Translations under genes and position numbers: made by a program
NCBI GenBank assembly: GCA_026770705.1
Contig: JANJGN010000052.1
Span: 1,116,001 to 1,180,000 of the forward strand
DNA: 64,000 nucleotides
Direction of reading: 5' to 3'
DNA from: Isurus oxyrinchus
Lineage: Eukaryota
In this document: positions 25,467 to 37,737 of the stretch, in pieces
How positions within the stretch are numbered: the stretch's first letter is position 1
Layout: each line of letters starts with the position of its first letter
The notes under the pieces: generated by a model
What the model saw: the letters and a program-made list of their open reading frames with translations, nothing else
Told to the model about the DNA's origin: nothing
The model's database searches: none

Positions 25467-25704
25467 TGGGGAATTTCAGTCTACTCTGTGGGGCAGGCAT
25501 CTGCTGAATGGGGTCTTGAACCCCACAAAATTCTAAAACATACTGACTCCCTGAGTTCGGGTGTGAAACCCACTGACCCACAGGAGAAACTCCTGGTCAA
25601 TGACTGTGCACCTGTGAGCAGAAATATCAACACAGGGTCAGGACACAAAGGATTAACAGTTCACCAACATCTCAAAACATGAGCTGCTCTGTCACTTTGA
25701 ACCA

Positions 25705-25844
25705 ACTTCCTCATTTTGTCTCAAAGTGACACATCCACCCTTTCTCATTAAACACACAGAGGGAGCAGCACAGGAAGAGGTCATTCAGCCCAAGCAGAGC
25801 GTGTGGGCAGTTCCTCCCCAGGCGAGCAGTCGGACAGGTCCTGG
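25705..25844 (+). promoter_or_regulatory. Gene D putative promoter and non-coding first exon
   Basis: ACTTCCTCATT at 25705; GG/gtaagt donor. Confidence 0.6.
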
Positions 25845-26297
25845 GTAAGTAACGGAACGATTGGAATTCACTTCCACCACCAACACCGTCCTTTGTTGAT
25901 GTTGTGACTTTATGAAGACAGATTCCAATGATTGATGCCTTTGAAAGATTTCCACTGATTATTGAGATCTGGGTGTGAGACTCAAGTCTGTTGTACAGAA
26001 CATCTTTCTAGCTCAAGGGATGAGGGAACTGTAGATACTTTGGGGTGTCCTGATGTGGTGAAAAGTGCTATAGAAATGCAAGTCCTTTGTTGTTTTTCAT
26101 TCTTAAAGCCTTGTAACTCTCTGCAGAACACCTATCATCCCACAGGGATGATTATTCTGTGAATTATTCTGTGAAGACATTGTCTAAAAGCAGTTCTGAT
26201 CTCTCGAGAGCTGTTGGACAAGAGGTGAGGTCTCATTAACTCCTTTCCCTTTCAGAGTTTCAGAGTGAGAAGCTGATGAAATATCTGGGAGTGGATA

Positions 26298-26337
26298 ATG
26301 ATTGGAAAATCTTACTTCCTCCTGTCACTTCTCCAAG
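26298..26337 (+). CDS. Gene D leader exon MIGKSYFLLSLLQ (intact)
   Basis: ATG, 40 nt, CAAG/gtaata donor. Confidence 0.65.
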
Positions 26338-27198
26338 GTAATATCATCGTCAGCTCGGACAGATTTATGGTTAATAGCCTTTGTAAAAGATCATTCTTAT
26401 TGAGCTGTTATTGGGAACCGATTCAGCAGTGAGCCAGTGTACAAGCTCACACCAAGTCCCATTCACCCATCACCCCTAAACTATCTGTCTCCTGGTCCTA
26501 CAACATCTCAAACTTAAAAGTCACATCTCTTTGTTCAAATGCATCCATTGCCTCACACTGCCTCCTTATCTCTGTAAGCTCCTGCAACTCTCCCAACCAA
26601 AGTCCCAGATCTCTGTGTTACTCCAATTCCGGCCTCTTGACCATCCCCCGATTCCCATCACTCCAATACTGGCGGCCGGGCCTTCAGCTGCCTGGGGCCT
26701 GAGCTCTGGAATTCACTCCCTAAACCTCGGGGATGGGGGAGCTCAGAGGGTTTCATTTTACTGAGAATCACCACGACCACATCACAGCTGCAGTCAGAAT
26801 AGACAGAGAGTCCAGCCCTCGCACTTCCTGCACAGTTTCACCATAGCAACCACAATAAGGAAGTAAAATAACTGAAAGTTAAACCGAAGACAAACCAGTC
26901 GGTGTAGAGAGATGAGATATTTACACAGTTTCCCTGTGTATCTTGTAGACACTGTGTTGGGTGGAAGACTGGCTTCACTAAACAGGGTCCTGAGGACCAT
27001 GAGCCAATGTAGAATGAACTTGTCCACTCCTGTGACCAGGATTCTCTTCCATCCATTGTGAAACCTTGGGGAGATCCTTGTGTGTCCTGTAGATGGTCCA
27101 CACTGCAGCCACTGTGCCCCAGTGATGGAGGGGGTGGATATCGAGTCTATTGGATCTACAAACCATCCAGAGTTAAATATTGATATTTCTCTCCCCAG

Positions 27199-27209
27199 TT
27201 GGAATGTCA
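27199..27209 (+). pseudogene. Gene D V-exon stub at a deletion breakpoint (all Ig exons deleted)
   Basis: Intact V acceptor ctccccag/TTGGAATGTCA fused to sequence homologous to the Ig3-TM intron of gene B (reverse of about 6530-6590). Confidence 0.75.
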
Positions 27210-28718
27210 GTACTCCCTCAGTACTGCACTGGAGAGTTGGCCTGAATTCTGGGATTTGTGTTCCCATTCATATTTATGGAAGAATATGGAAATTACTATT
27301 ACAGACACTCAGATGCATAGAGGCACTCACAGATACTCTCTGCGTCTCCAACTCTCTCTCTCCTTTTAAGAAGCTTCCTGAAACCTAACTCTTTGACGAA
27401 TCACCAACCCAACTCTTCCTTATCTGATTCTGTGTGATTTTCTTTGTGTATCTGAGAGTAAGAGAGAGTTGGAGAGGTTTAGGAAGAGAATTCCTGCTGG
27501 TGAAAAGCTTAAATAATGTTCTCACTATTTCCGTGCACATAATTCCCATTATGTCCAATGCCCCTGTTTATAATGATGACTGCCTATGTAAACGTCACGC
27601 TGCAGTTACAGCCTCCCATCAGTGGTGGCATTGTAGCCCTTAATCCTTGTGTTTCCCAGCTTTCCAAGCAACTCTACTTCCCAGTTTGCTCCACAAGCTG
27701 TGAGTTCATCGGAATTCAATTATTTCTCAAACGGTGGATTTGATGTCATTTTATTGAAAACTTCCTCAGCGCCTCCCTGAAGGGTTTACACTCTCTGGGA
27801 AGCAGGAATAGGCTGGATGTTGGGGAGTTCATCTTTTCCCAGAGAGTAGTGATCCTCGGGAATGTGCTGTCAGTGGGTGTGGTGGTTGCTGTTTCTCTGT
27901 CAACTTCAAGAGGGATCTGGAGTGGTTACTGACTGGGGGAGAGATCATGGAAGCGGAGAATGGTACAGCACAGGAGGAGGCCATTCAGCCCATTGAGCCT
28001 GTGCCAGGTCTTTCAATGTTCTATCCCATCAGATCCACTAACCACCACTCCACTTTGCCCCCATCTTCCTCCTTCAAGTGTTTATACAATTCCACTTTTG
28101 AAAGTTCCTATTGAATCTGCTTCCACCGCCCTTTCAGGCAGCACCTTCCAGATCACAACAACTCGCTCTATCAAAACAAATTCTCCTCATCTCCCCCTCC
28201 GGTTCGTCAATCTGTGTCCCTCTGGTTACCGACCCTCCTGCCCCTTAAATACATCGATCCTGTTCACCTCAACCAATCCCTATGGGAGTGAGTTCCACAT
28301 TCTCCCCTCTCTCTGGGTAAAGATTGGAACTGTTTATTAAGCGGGGGGTGTAAGTCCGTGGGGGAGTCCATCTCGATCCTGCCTGATACGCACACATGTC
28401 CGAGATGGATTTCCACCCGGCACTAAACGTTTCCAGAATTTTCTACGGCACAATCCTGTACACAGCAATAGAGAGAAACATTGGACAGGGAGTCCAACAG
28501 CACAATGATCCATTCTCACCAATGTTCCACGCTAAGGGGAAAGTTCCGATTGTCCACTCTTAGAGTGTTTACAATGAAAACATTCATTCCACATTGAATC
28601 CCAGTGGATGGGTCAATATTACAGCAAATGTTGCAGTGATATGAAGCTTGATTGTTCAGCCAGAGTGAGAGATTGAAAGCGGAGAGTCAGTGATGATTTC
28701 TTTCTGTGTGTTCTCTAG

Positions 28719-28858
28719 ACAGTGGAGGAGAGATTCTGCACGTGATCCTGATCCTGGGAATACGAGCTGTGATATTCCTTGTGGCTGTGGTTATCACTAT
28801 CGCTGGAGTCTGTGTCTGGGAGAGACAAACAGTGAAAGGAAGTCGACAGACTGTTTGA
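28719..28858 (+). CDS. Activating-type TM/short-tail terminal exon of the C/D block
   Basis: Same peptide as 4948-5087, Arg in TM, intact acceptor; AATAAA at about 29928. Confidence 0.75.
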
Positions 28859-28974
28859 AGCTTTGTACAGCAACAATCTGGTCAGTCAGTGCAGACAAAT
28901 AACGTGTGATGTTGTGTTAAGTTGTACTGAAACTGGTCAGTGTCCTGGTTAGAATCACCTTCGTATCAGAGAGG

Positions 28975-29575
28975 CATTCCAGCACAGTGGGAGACCATTC
29001 AGCCCATTGAGTCCATGCTGTCTCTCTGTCGAGCAATCCAGTCAGTCCCATTCCCCCTCTCTATCCCCGTATCTCTGCAAGTTTATTTCCAAGTATCCAT
29101 CCAATTTCCTTTTGAAATCGTTCGTCTCCACTTCCACCATCCTCGTAGGCAGCGAGTTCCAGCTCATTACCACTCGCTGTGTAAAAAAGTTCCTCCTCAC
29201 ATCCCCCTCTGCCCAAAACCTTCAATCTGTGTCCCCCAGTCCTTGTCCCATCAGCTAATGGCAACAGCTTCTCTTTGTCTACCTGATCTAAACCCATCAT
29301 CATCTTGTACACCTCGATCAGATCCCCCCTCAATCTCCTTTGCTCCAAGGAGAACAACCCCAGCTTCTCCAACCCAACCTTGTAGCTAAAATCCCTCATC
29401 CCTGGACCCATTCTGCTCAATCTCCTCCCCACCCTCTCAAGGACACTCACTTCCTTCCCAAAGTGAGGAGACCAAAACTGGACACAATACTCTAGTTGTG
29501 ACCTAACCAGAGCTTTATAAATGTTCAGCATAACCTCCCTGTGTTTGTACTCAATCCCTCGATTTATGAAAAGCT
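28975..29575 (-). mobile_element. CR1-type LINE 3' fragment
   Basis: ORF 29061-29621 LEYCVQFWSP...RRLRGDLIEVYKMM; inverted paralog of 4225-4825. Confidence 0.9.
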
Positions 29576-30269
29576 TATTCTTTCCATCAGCACAAACAGC
29601 AATTTCCAAGCGGACTCCCATCAGCAGACAGAGTGCAATGAAACATCGGCATGCCTGCTTCTTAATGTACGGAGAGAAACCTGGAACGAGAGATTCTCCT
29701 TCTTCTCCTCAGCAAGCTGAAACTTTTCCTTATACCTGGTGCTCCCCAGTCCTGCTGTGTGGACACATCATAACCACGGCATTGTCTGGCTGTGTGCAGC
29801 CAACATGGTCGAATAGGAATGAACAGAAATGTGACGTTGCTAAACTCTGTTCTCTGATTGGAATGTGCTTTCTGAATGCTGCACCTTTTTCATGCTGCGA
29901 TAGATTGTAAGAAGCATTTGTGTTATGAATAAAATTACATTGATTAACACAAGTGATTAAAATGCTCAGCCTGTTCTGTAGATATTTACACATAAAATTT
30001 CTCATTTTACTGCAAAATCTTGGCTCAAAGACATTACTTCATGTTGTGACGATTTTCCAATCATGTGAATTATTGTGCCCATCTTTATAATGGAAACTTC
30101 CCATGTAAACATGTCACATTGTAGTTAGGCACTCCTGCCATTGGGTGGTGTGATATCAAAGCTGCCTTGCTGCTCAGAAACAGCGAGAAATATTCCTGTT
30201 CTAAATTTGAAGTTAGTGAGACAAAGGCATTCGATGCAATTTTGTGAAACTTGTACAATGTTCTTTAGA

Positions 30270-32120
30270 TAGTGCAGCACTCCTTCACTACTGACCCTCC
30301 AACAGTGCAGCACTCCCTCAATACTGACCCTCTGACAGTGCAGCACTACCTCAGTACTGACCCTCCGACAGTGCAGCACTACCTCAGTACTGACCCTCCG
30401 ACAGTGCAGCACTACCTCAGTACTGACCCTCCGACAGTGCAGCACTCCCTCAGTTCTGACCCTCCAACAGTGCAGCACTCCCTCAGTACTGACCCTCTGA
30501 CAGCACAGCACTCCCTCAGTACTGACCCTCTGAATGTGCAGCACTCCCTCAGTACTGACCCTCTGACAGTGCAGCACTCCCTCAGTACTGTCCCTCTGAC
30601 AGTGCAGCACTCCCTCAGGAACAAGACTCTGACAGTGCAGCACTCCCTCAGTACTGACCCTCCGACAGTGCAGCACTCCCTCAGTACTGACCCTCCGACA
30701 GTGCAGCACTCCCTCAGTACTGACCCTCCAACAGTGCAGCACTCCCTCAGTACTGACCATACAAGAGTGCGACACTACCTCAGTATTGACACACCAAGTG
30801 TCCAGCACTTCCTCAATACTGACCCTCTGACAGTGCAGCACTCCCTCAGTACTGACACACCAAGAGTGCAGCACTCCCTCAGTACTGACCCTCCGACAGT
30901 GCAGCACTCCCTCAGTACTGACCCTATGACAGTGCAGCACTACCTCAGTACTAACCCTCCGACAGTGCAGCACTACCTCAGTTCTGACCCTCCAACAGTG
31001 CAGCACTCCCTCAGTACTGACCCTCTGACAGCGCAGCACTCCCTCAGTACTGACCCTCTGACAGTGCAGCACTCCCTCAGTACTGTCCCTCTGACAGTGC
31101 AGCACTCCCTCAGGAACAAGACTCTGACAGTGCAGCACTCCCTCAGTACTGACCCTCCGACAGGGCAGCACTCCTCAGAACTGTCCCTCCAAGAGTGCAG
31201 CACTCCTCAGAACTGTCCCTCCAAGAGTGCAGCACTACCTCAGTACTGAGCCTCCGACAGTGCAGCATTCCCTCTGTACTGACCCTCTGACAGTGCAGCA
31301 CTACCTCAGTACGTACCCTCCGACAGTGCAGCACTCCCTCAGTACTGACCCTCTGAATGTGCAGCACTCCCTCAGTACTGACCCTCTGACAGTGCAGCAC
31401 TCCCTCAGTACTGTCCCTCTGACAGTGCAGCACTCCCTCAGGAACAAGACTCTGACAGTGCAGCATTCCCTCAGTACTGACCCTCCGACAGGGCAGCACT
31501 CCTCAGAACTGTCCCTCCAAGAGTGCAGCACTACCTCAGTACTGAGCCTCCGACAGTGCAGCATTCCCTCTGTACTGACCCTCTGACAGTGCAGCACTAC
31601 CTCAGTGCTAACCCTCCGACAGTGCAGCACTCCCTCAGTACTGACCCTCTGAATGTGCAGCACTCCCTCAGTACTGACCTTCTGACAGTGCAGCACTCCC
31701 TCAGTACTGACCTTCTGACAGTGCAGCACTCCCTCAGTACTGACCCTCTGACAGTGCAGCACTCCCTCAGTACTGACCCTCTGACAGTGCAGCACTCCCT
31801 CAGTACTGACCCTCTGACAGTGCAGCACTCCCTCAGTACTGACCCTCTGACAGTGCAGCACTCCCTCAGTACTGACCCTCTGACAGTGCAGCACTCCCTC
31901 AGTACTGACCCTCTGACAGTGCAGCACTCCCTCAGTACTGACCCTCTGACAGTGCAGCACTCCCTCAGTACTGACCCTCTGACAGTGCAGCACGCCCTCA
32001 GGAACAATACACCAATACTCTACAGTGCAGAACTCCTTTGCTGCTGACCCTCCAACAGAGCAGCACTTCTTCAGACCTGATCCTGCGACAGAGCAGCACC
32101 CCATCAGTACTGACCCCCTG
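30270..32120. repeat. Large 33-bp satellite array with higher-order internal duplications
   Basis: About 55 units; recurring variant units (ggaacaagactct, ctgaatgtgcagc); expanded relative to the paralogous array at 2858-3520. Confidence 0.97.
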
Positions 32121-32331
32121 ATGGTGCCGCATTTGCTCAGTATTTACCCTGCAACAGCACAATTAAATATTAACCCTCGGAGCCATGGTAAAAAACTGAC
32201 GTTACCAAATAGCAAACAACAGAAGAGAAGCATCACAGAATCACAATAAATAGGTCAAAAGTGTGATTATGTTGTAACGCTTTGTGGTATGAAGCACTCA
32301 TTCCTACTGCCTGTTTACTCACTCCTTTGCT

Positions 32332-32471
32332 ACTTCCTCATTTTGTCTCACAGTGACACATCCACCCTTTCTAATTAAACACACAGAGGGAGCAGCACAG
32401 GAAGAGGTCATTCAGCCCAAGCAGAGCGTGTGGGCAGTTCCTCCCCAGGCGAACAGTCGGACAGGTCCTGG
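32332..32471 (+). promoter_or_regulatory. Gene E putative promoter and non-coding first exon
   Basis: ACTTCCTCATT at 32332; CAGGAAG; GG/gtaagt donor. Confidence 0.6.
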
Positions 32472-32920
32472 GTAAGTAACGGAACGATTGGAATTCACTT
32501 CCACCACCAACACCGTCCTTTGTTGATGTTGTGACTTTATAAAGACAGATTCCAATGATTGATGCCTTTGAAAGATTTCTACTGATTATTGAGATCTGGG
32601 TGTGAGACTCAAGTCTGTTGTACAGAACATCTTTCTAGCTCAAGAGATGAGGGAAGAGCAGGGACATGAGCTTTGGGGTGTCCTGAGCAGGTGAAAGGTG
32701 ATATAGAAATGCAAGTCCTTCATTGTTTTTCTTTTTCAAGCCTTGTAACTCTCTGCAGAGCACCTATCATCCCACAGAGAATCAAATTAATCTGTGAAGA
32801 CATTGTCTAAAAGCAGTTCTGATCCCTCGAGAGCTGTCGGACAAGAGGTGAGGTCTCATTAACTCCTTTCTCTTTCACAGCTTGAGAGTGAGAAGCTGTT
32901 GAAATATCTGGGAGTGGACA

Positions 32921-32960
32921 ATGATCGGGAAATATTACTGCCTCCTGTCACTTCTCCAAG
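32921..32960 (+). CDS. Gene E leader exon MIGKYYCLLSLLQ
   Basis: Exon 32881-32960 (tttcacag acceptor, gtaata donor); ATG at 32921 with A at -3. Confidence 0.82.
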
Positions 32961-33853
32961 GTAATATTATCGTCAGCTCAGATAGATTTATGGTTAATAG
33001 TCTTCGTAAAAGATCATTCTTATTGAGCTCTGATTGGGAACTGATTCAGCAGTGACCCAGTGCACAAACTCACACCAAGTCCCATTCACCCATCACCCCT
33101 TTGCTCACTGATATACACTGACTCCCTGTCTGACAGCAGAATTGGAGGAGTGCAGAGATCACAGAGGGTTGTAGGTTTGGAGGAGGTTACAGAGACAGGG
33201 AGTGGAGCGGAGTGATGGAGGGATTGGAAATCAAGTGTGAAAATAATCACATCAAGGTGCTGCTGGACTGGGAACCAGTGTAGGTCAGCGAGTGACTTGT
33301 GGGGTCGGGGTGGGTGTGTGCGGAGGTGAAAGTTTGAGTAGAAAATCGGACACAAAATTCAGGGGATGAAGTCTATCTTGTGGCTAGGACTCTGACAGCA
33401 ATGGCCTGAAATTAGTGTCTTTTGCTGATTTTATTCAGAATTTCCCATGAAGACAACACAGCAGCTCCTAGAATAGACAGGCTGTTCAGTGTCACACTTC
33501 CTGTCCATTCTCACCTTGCTAGAAACTTCAATAAGGGAGCAAGATAACTGAAAGAGAGAAGGAAGGTAAAGCTGTCTGTGTGTAAAGGTGTCAATATTCA
33601 GTTTGTATATTTGTCTTTCTCTCGACACATGCAGAGCTCAGGCTAGAGGCACTTTGTTAGTGTGTTTCACAGTGTCTGCTGGAGTAGGGTCAGTGCTGAG
33701 CTTGGGGACAAGTCAGTCTACAATGCTGCATCGGAATCAACAATACAACAATATGGGGTTTGGATCAGAAATAATCCCCTAGACAATGAGGATCCAAAGA
33801 GATTCCTTAGACAATGAGGATCCAGGGTTAAATATTGATATTTCTCTCCCCAG

Positions 33854-34222
33854 TTGGACTGTCACAAGAGTGGAAAGGTGACACTCCACGAGAGGTGACA
33901 GCGCAGGAAGGTTCGTGTGTACAGATTCGGTGTCACTACAGTTATCCAGCATATTTTGAAAACAAACGACAAGTCGGAATCTGGTTAAATAATGAGAAAT
34001 ACAAATTCTGGCCTCCCATTGCCTTTCACTCCAAGGATCACAGTCACGAGTTACCACGGTTCCACCATCGGACCCGGCTGTCTGGAGACCTGAAAGATGG
34101 CGACTGTTCCCTGATTATAAACAACATCAGACGGGAAGATGCAGGACCTTATTATTTCAGAATAGAATTTGACAATGGTCCGAGCCATAACTATTACCCT
34201 GTAACCCAGCTTCACGTTTCTG
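33854..34222 (+). CDS. Gene E V-set Ig exon (Siglec)
   Basis: 369 nt, intact splice sites; GSCVQIRC, DCSL, YYFRIE. Confidence 0.92.
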
Positions 34223-35533
34223 GTAAGTGCTGTGTTATAATTACTCACCAATTCACATCCAACACTCAATGGGAAATAACACAAACTGTGACGTTTACAT
34301 ATTAACACAAAACACAGGTTATTATAACACACTGTCTGATTCTCAATAACTGGGTGATAGCTTCCAGTTCAGTCCTAAAGCAATGTCTAATACTCACTTT
34401 AATATCAATGATTAAATGTGTTGACTGTGTCCATCAATGCTATCAGGTTATCCACTCCCATTAGTCTCCCTAATGCTTTTTAAATGTCTAACAATTTGAC
34501 AAAAGAAGGATGTGCATTCCTATAGCGCCTTACACCACCTCAGCAAACTTCAAATCATTTCACAGACAATGAAGAAATTCTTGAAGTATAGTCACTAACG
34601 TGGCAGTGAGTTTGTACACAGGAAGCTCCCACAGAGAGCAATGGGATCAGTGACCCAGATCTCTGAGAGAATGATGAGCCAGGGTTCCATGAGCTGTGGG
34701 CTGCTCCATCACCCACACCCCAGTGTTGGCAATTCAAGGGTCTGGGAGTGAAAGTGTATTCAGCTCAGTGACACATTCCCCACCAAGTTTGAAAATAGGA
34801 AAGTTGCTGCTGATTGTTGTTACCTCTCAGTTCCCATCTCATCCTTGGAAACCTGCTTTCAAAATACAAAAGCAAGTCTCGCATTTCCATAGCGCCTTTC
34901 AACACCTCAGGACGATCCTAAATCAATTCACAGCCAATGAAGTGATTCTTGAAGCACACATTCGCCCCACTCTCTGGTTAAAGAAGTTTCTCCTGAATTC
35001 CCCATTGGATTTATTAGTGAGGATCTTATATTGTCAGCCTCTGGTTTTGTTCATTGTGAGGAGTGGAAACACTCTCTCCATGTCTACTCGATCAAAACCT
35101 TTCATTACTTCAAAGGTCAAATGAGGTCACCCCTCAACCTTCTCTGTTCAAGAGAACAGAGACCCAGCCTGTACATCCTCTCCTGATAGGTAAAGCCTCA
35201 CATTGCTGAGATCATCCTTGTGAAGCTTTTTACCACCCTCTCCAGTGTCTCCATATCCTTTTCCAAATGCTGAGTCTGTTCTCCCCGAGCTGTGAGCTGT
35301 TCCTCCACCCTCACCCAGTCTGGTCAAATCAAGGGTCACTGAGTGAGAGTGTATTAATCTGAGTGACAGAGATTCAACAAGTGTAAAAATAGACAATTCT
35401 TTAATGATCATTGTAATCTCTCAGTTCTGATATCATCCTTGTAAAAGTGCTTTCTCGTGTGGGACTGTGGTTTCTATTTGAACTGATGCTTCACGTTATA
35501 TTTCTCTAAAAGGATCCATTCTCTGTCTGTTAG

Positions 35534-35830
35534 ATTTCACAGATAAACCCACGATATTCCCTGCTGAAATTATTGCAGGAAAGCGTGTGGATGTAAGCTG
35601 CACCTTCAACACAACGTGCAATGGAACAGCAGCACCTGTCTTAACCTGGGACACTCCCACTGACGTACCTGGATCAGTCTCAAACACTGTAACTCAGCAT
35701 GGTGTCTCTCTGACCTATACTTCTGTTCTGACCCTGATCCCATCACTCAAACACCACGGACACACTCTCAGCTGCAGAGTGAGATATCCATCTGTTTCAT
35801 CGGAGCGGACCCTCGTACTAACTGTGCAAG
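35534..35830 (+). CDS. Gene E second Ig (C2-set) exon
   Basis: 297 nt, intact splice sites, phase 1-1. Confidence 0.92.
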
Positions 35831-36034
35831 GTAAGAACGGACACCCTTCATTCTACGTTAGCTGGAATAGTATCAAATGTGCACAGCAAGCTCCCACATC
35901 CTTCACTTTGTTTATAAACAAACCATTGGTGTTTAACTGGGAAAAAGTGACCCCTGACAGGCAGTACATCCTTACTACTGACTCTCCGACAGTGCATCTT
36001 GGACTCATAGACTCATAGACACTTACAGGACAGA

Positions 36035-37735
36035 AGGAGGCCATTTAGCCCATCATGTCCATTCTGGTCAGCAACTCCCTCCCCAAGTGCATCACCTCAC
36101 ACTTTTCCAGGTTGAAGTCCATTTGCGTTGTGATCATCCCCCCTATATTTACGTCCAATTCATTTATATACACCACAAACAGCAAGTGCCCCAGCACTGA
36201 GCCCTGTGGAACCCCACTGGAAACAGACATCCAGTCACAGAAACATCCCTCCACCATCACCCTCTGCTTCCTGCCTCAGCCAATATTGGATCCAACGTGC
36301 CACTTTGCCTTGGATCCCATGGGCTCTTACTTTCTTGGCCTCTCTTCCATGAGGCACCTGATCAAAAGCCTTCCTCAGCCCATGTCGACCACATCAAAGG
36401 CATTACTCTCATCAACACTCCTGGTTACCTCCTCAAAAGATTTGATCAGGTTTGTCAAACATGACCTTCCCTTAACAAATCCATGCTGAATATCCCAGAT
36501 TAATCCTTGTCTCTCCCAGTGCAGATTCATTCTGTCCTTCAGAATTCTTACTAGTAACTTCCCCACCACCGAGGTTAGACTGACTGGCCTGTAATTTCCT
36601 GATCTATCCCTTCCTCCCTTTTTTAATAATGGGACAACATTAGCCATCCTCCAGTCCTCTGGCACCTCACCTGTGGCCAGAGAGGATTTGAAAATTACTG
36701 CCAGGGCCCCTGATATCTCTTCCCTTTCCTCCCTCAACAGCTTTGGATTCATCTCATCTGGGCTTGTGGATTTATCCACTTTTCAGGCCGCTAAACCCAC
36801 TAGTACCTCCTCTCTCTTTGTTAATTTCATCTCATATTTCACAGTCCTCCACCCTGATGTTATACCTGCATCATCCTTTTCCATTGTGAAGACTGATGCA
36901 AAGTATTCATTGAGGACTGTACCCACGTCTTCCAGGTCCACACACACATTACCTCGATGGTCCCTAATCGGCCCCACTCTTTCCTGAGTTATTCTGCTGC
37001 TCTTTACATATTTAAAAAACCACTCTGGGTTTTGCTTTATTCTACCCACCAGTGCTTTCTCATGCACTCTCTTATCTTTCCTAATGTCCTTTTTCAGATC
37101 CCATCTGCACTATTTATACTCCTCTAGGGACTCTGCTGTATTTAGCCCTCAGTATCTGCCATAAGCTTCTCTTTTTTCTCAATCCTAACCTTTATGTTCC
37201 TTGTCTTCCAGGGTTCTCCAGACTTGGTCTCCCTCTTTGTCTTTACAGGAAGATATCTGCTCTGTACTCTCGCTATTCCCTCCTTGAATGCCTCCCACTG
37301 CTCTGACACAGTTTTATCTGCAAAGAGCTTCTCCCAGTCCACTTGGGCCCAATCATATCTCATCTTAGTAAAATTAGCCGTTCCCCAGTTTAGAATTTTT
37401 ATTCCCAGCACAAACTTATCCTTCTCCATAACTATCCTAAATCCAATTGAGTTACAGTCACTATCTCCCCTACTGATACGCTTTCCAACTTCCCCGGCGC
37501 TTTTCCATATATTAGGTCCAGAACTGTCCCCTCCCTTGTTGAGCTTTCTATGCACAGGCTAAAAAAGTTCTCCTGGATGCAACTTCAGAATTTTTCTCCC
37601 ACCCTACCTTCCTCACTAAAGCTGTCCCAGTTAATATTTGGGTAGTTAAAATCCCTGAGTATTACTGCTTTATTATTCTTACACATCTCTGAAATGTGAT
37701 CACATGTTGGATTGTCCATCTCTCCCTGACTGTTT
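36035..37735 (-). mobile_element. CR1-type LINE ORF2 remnant
   Basis: Same motifs and shared lesions as 8060-9765. Confidence 0.92.
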
Positions 37736-37737
37736 GT

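Noticed and set aside
30125-32104. Long ORFs with TVQHSLSTDPP / VLHCRRVSTEG repeats (also near 3066, 7130, 24952, 39675, 42825, 45885, 48780)
   Set aside because: Translations of the 33-bp satellite; open in several frames on both strands, with no splice context.
33854-35830. Assigning a specific symbol such as MAG, CD22, SIGLEC1 or SIGLEC15
   Set aside because: Family hallmarks are clear, but orthology needs a phylogeny; multicopy lineage-specific expansion argues against one-to-one naming.
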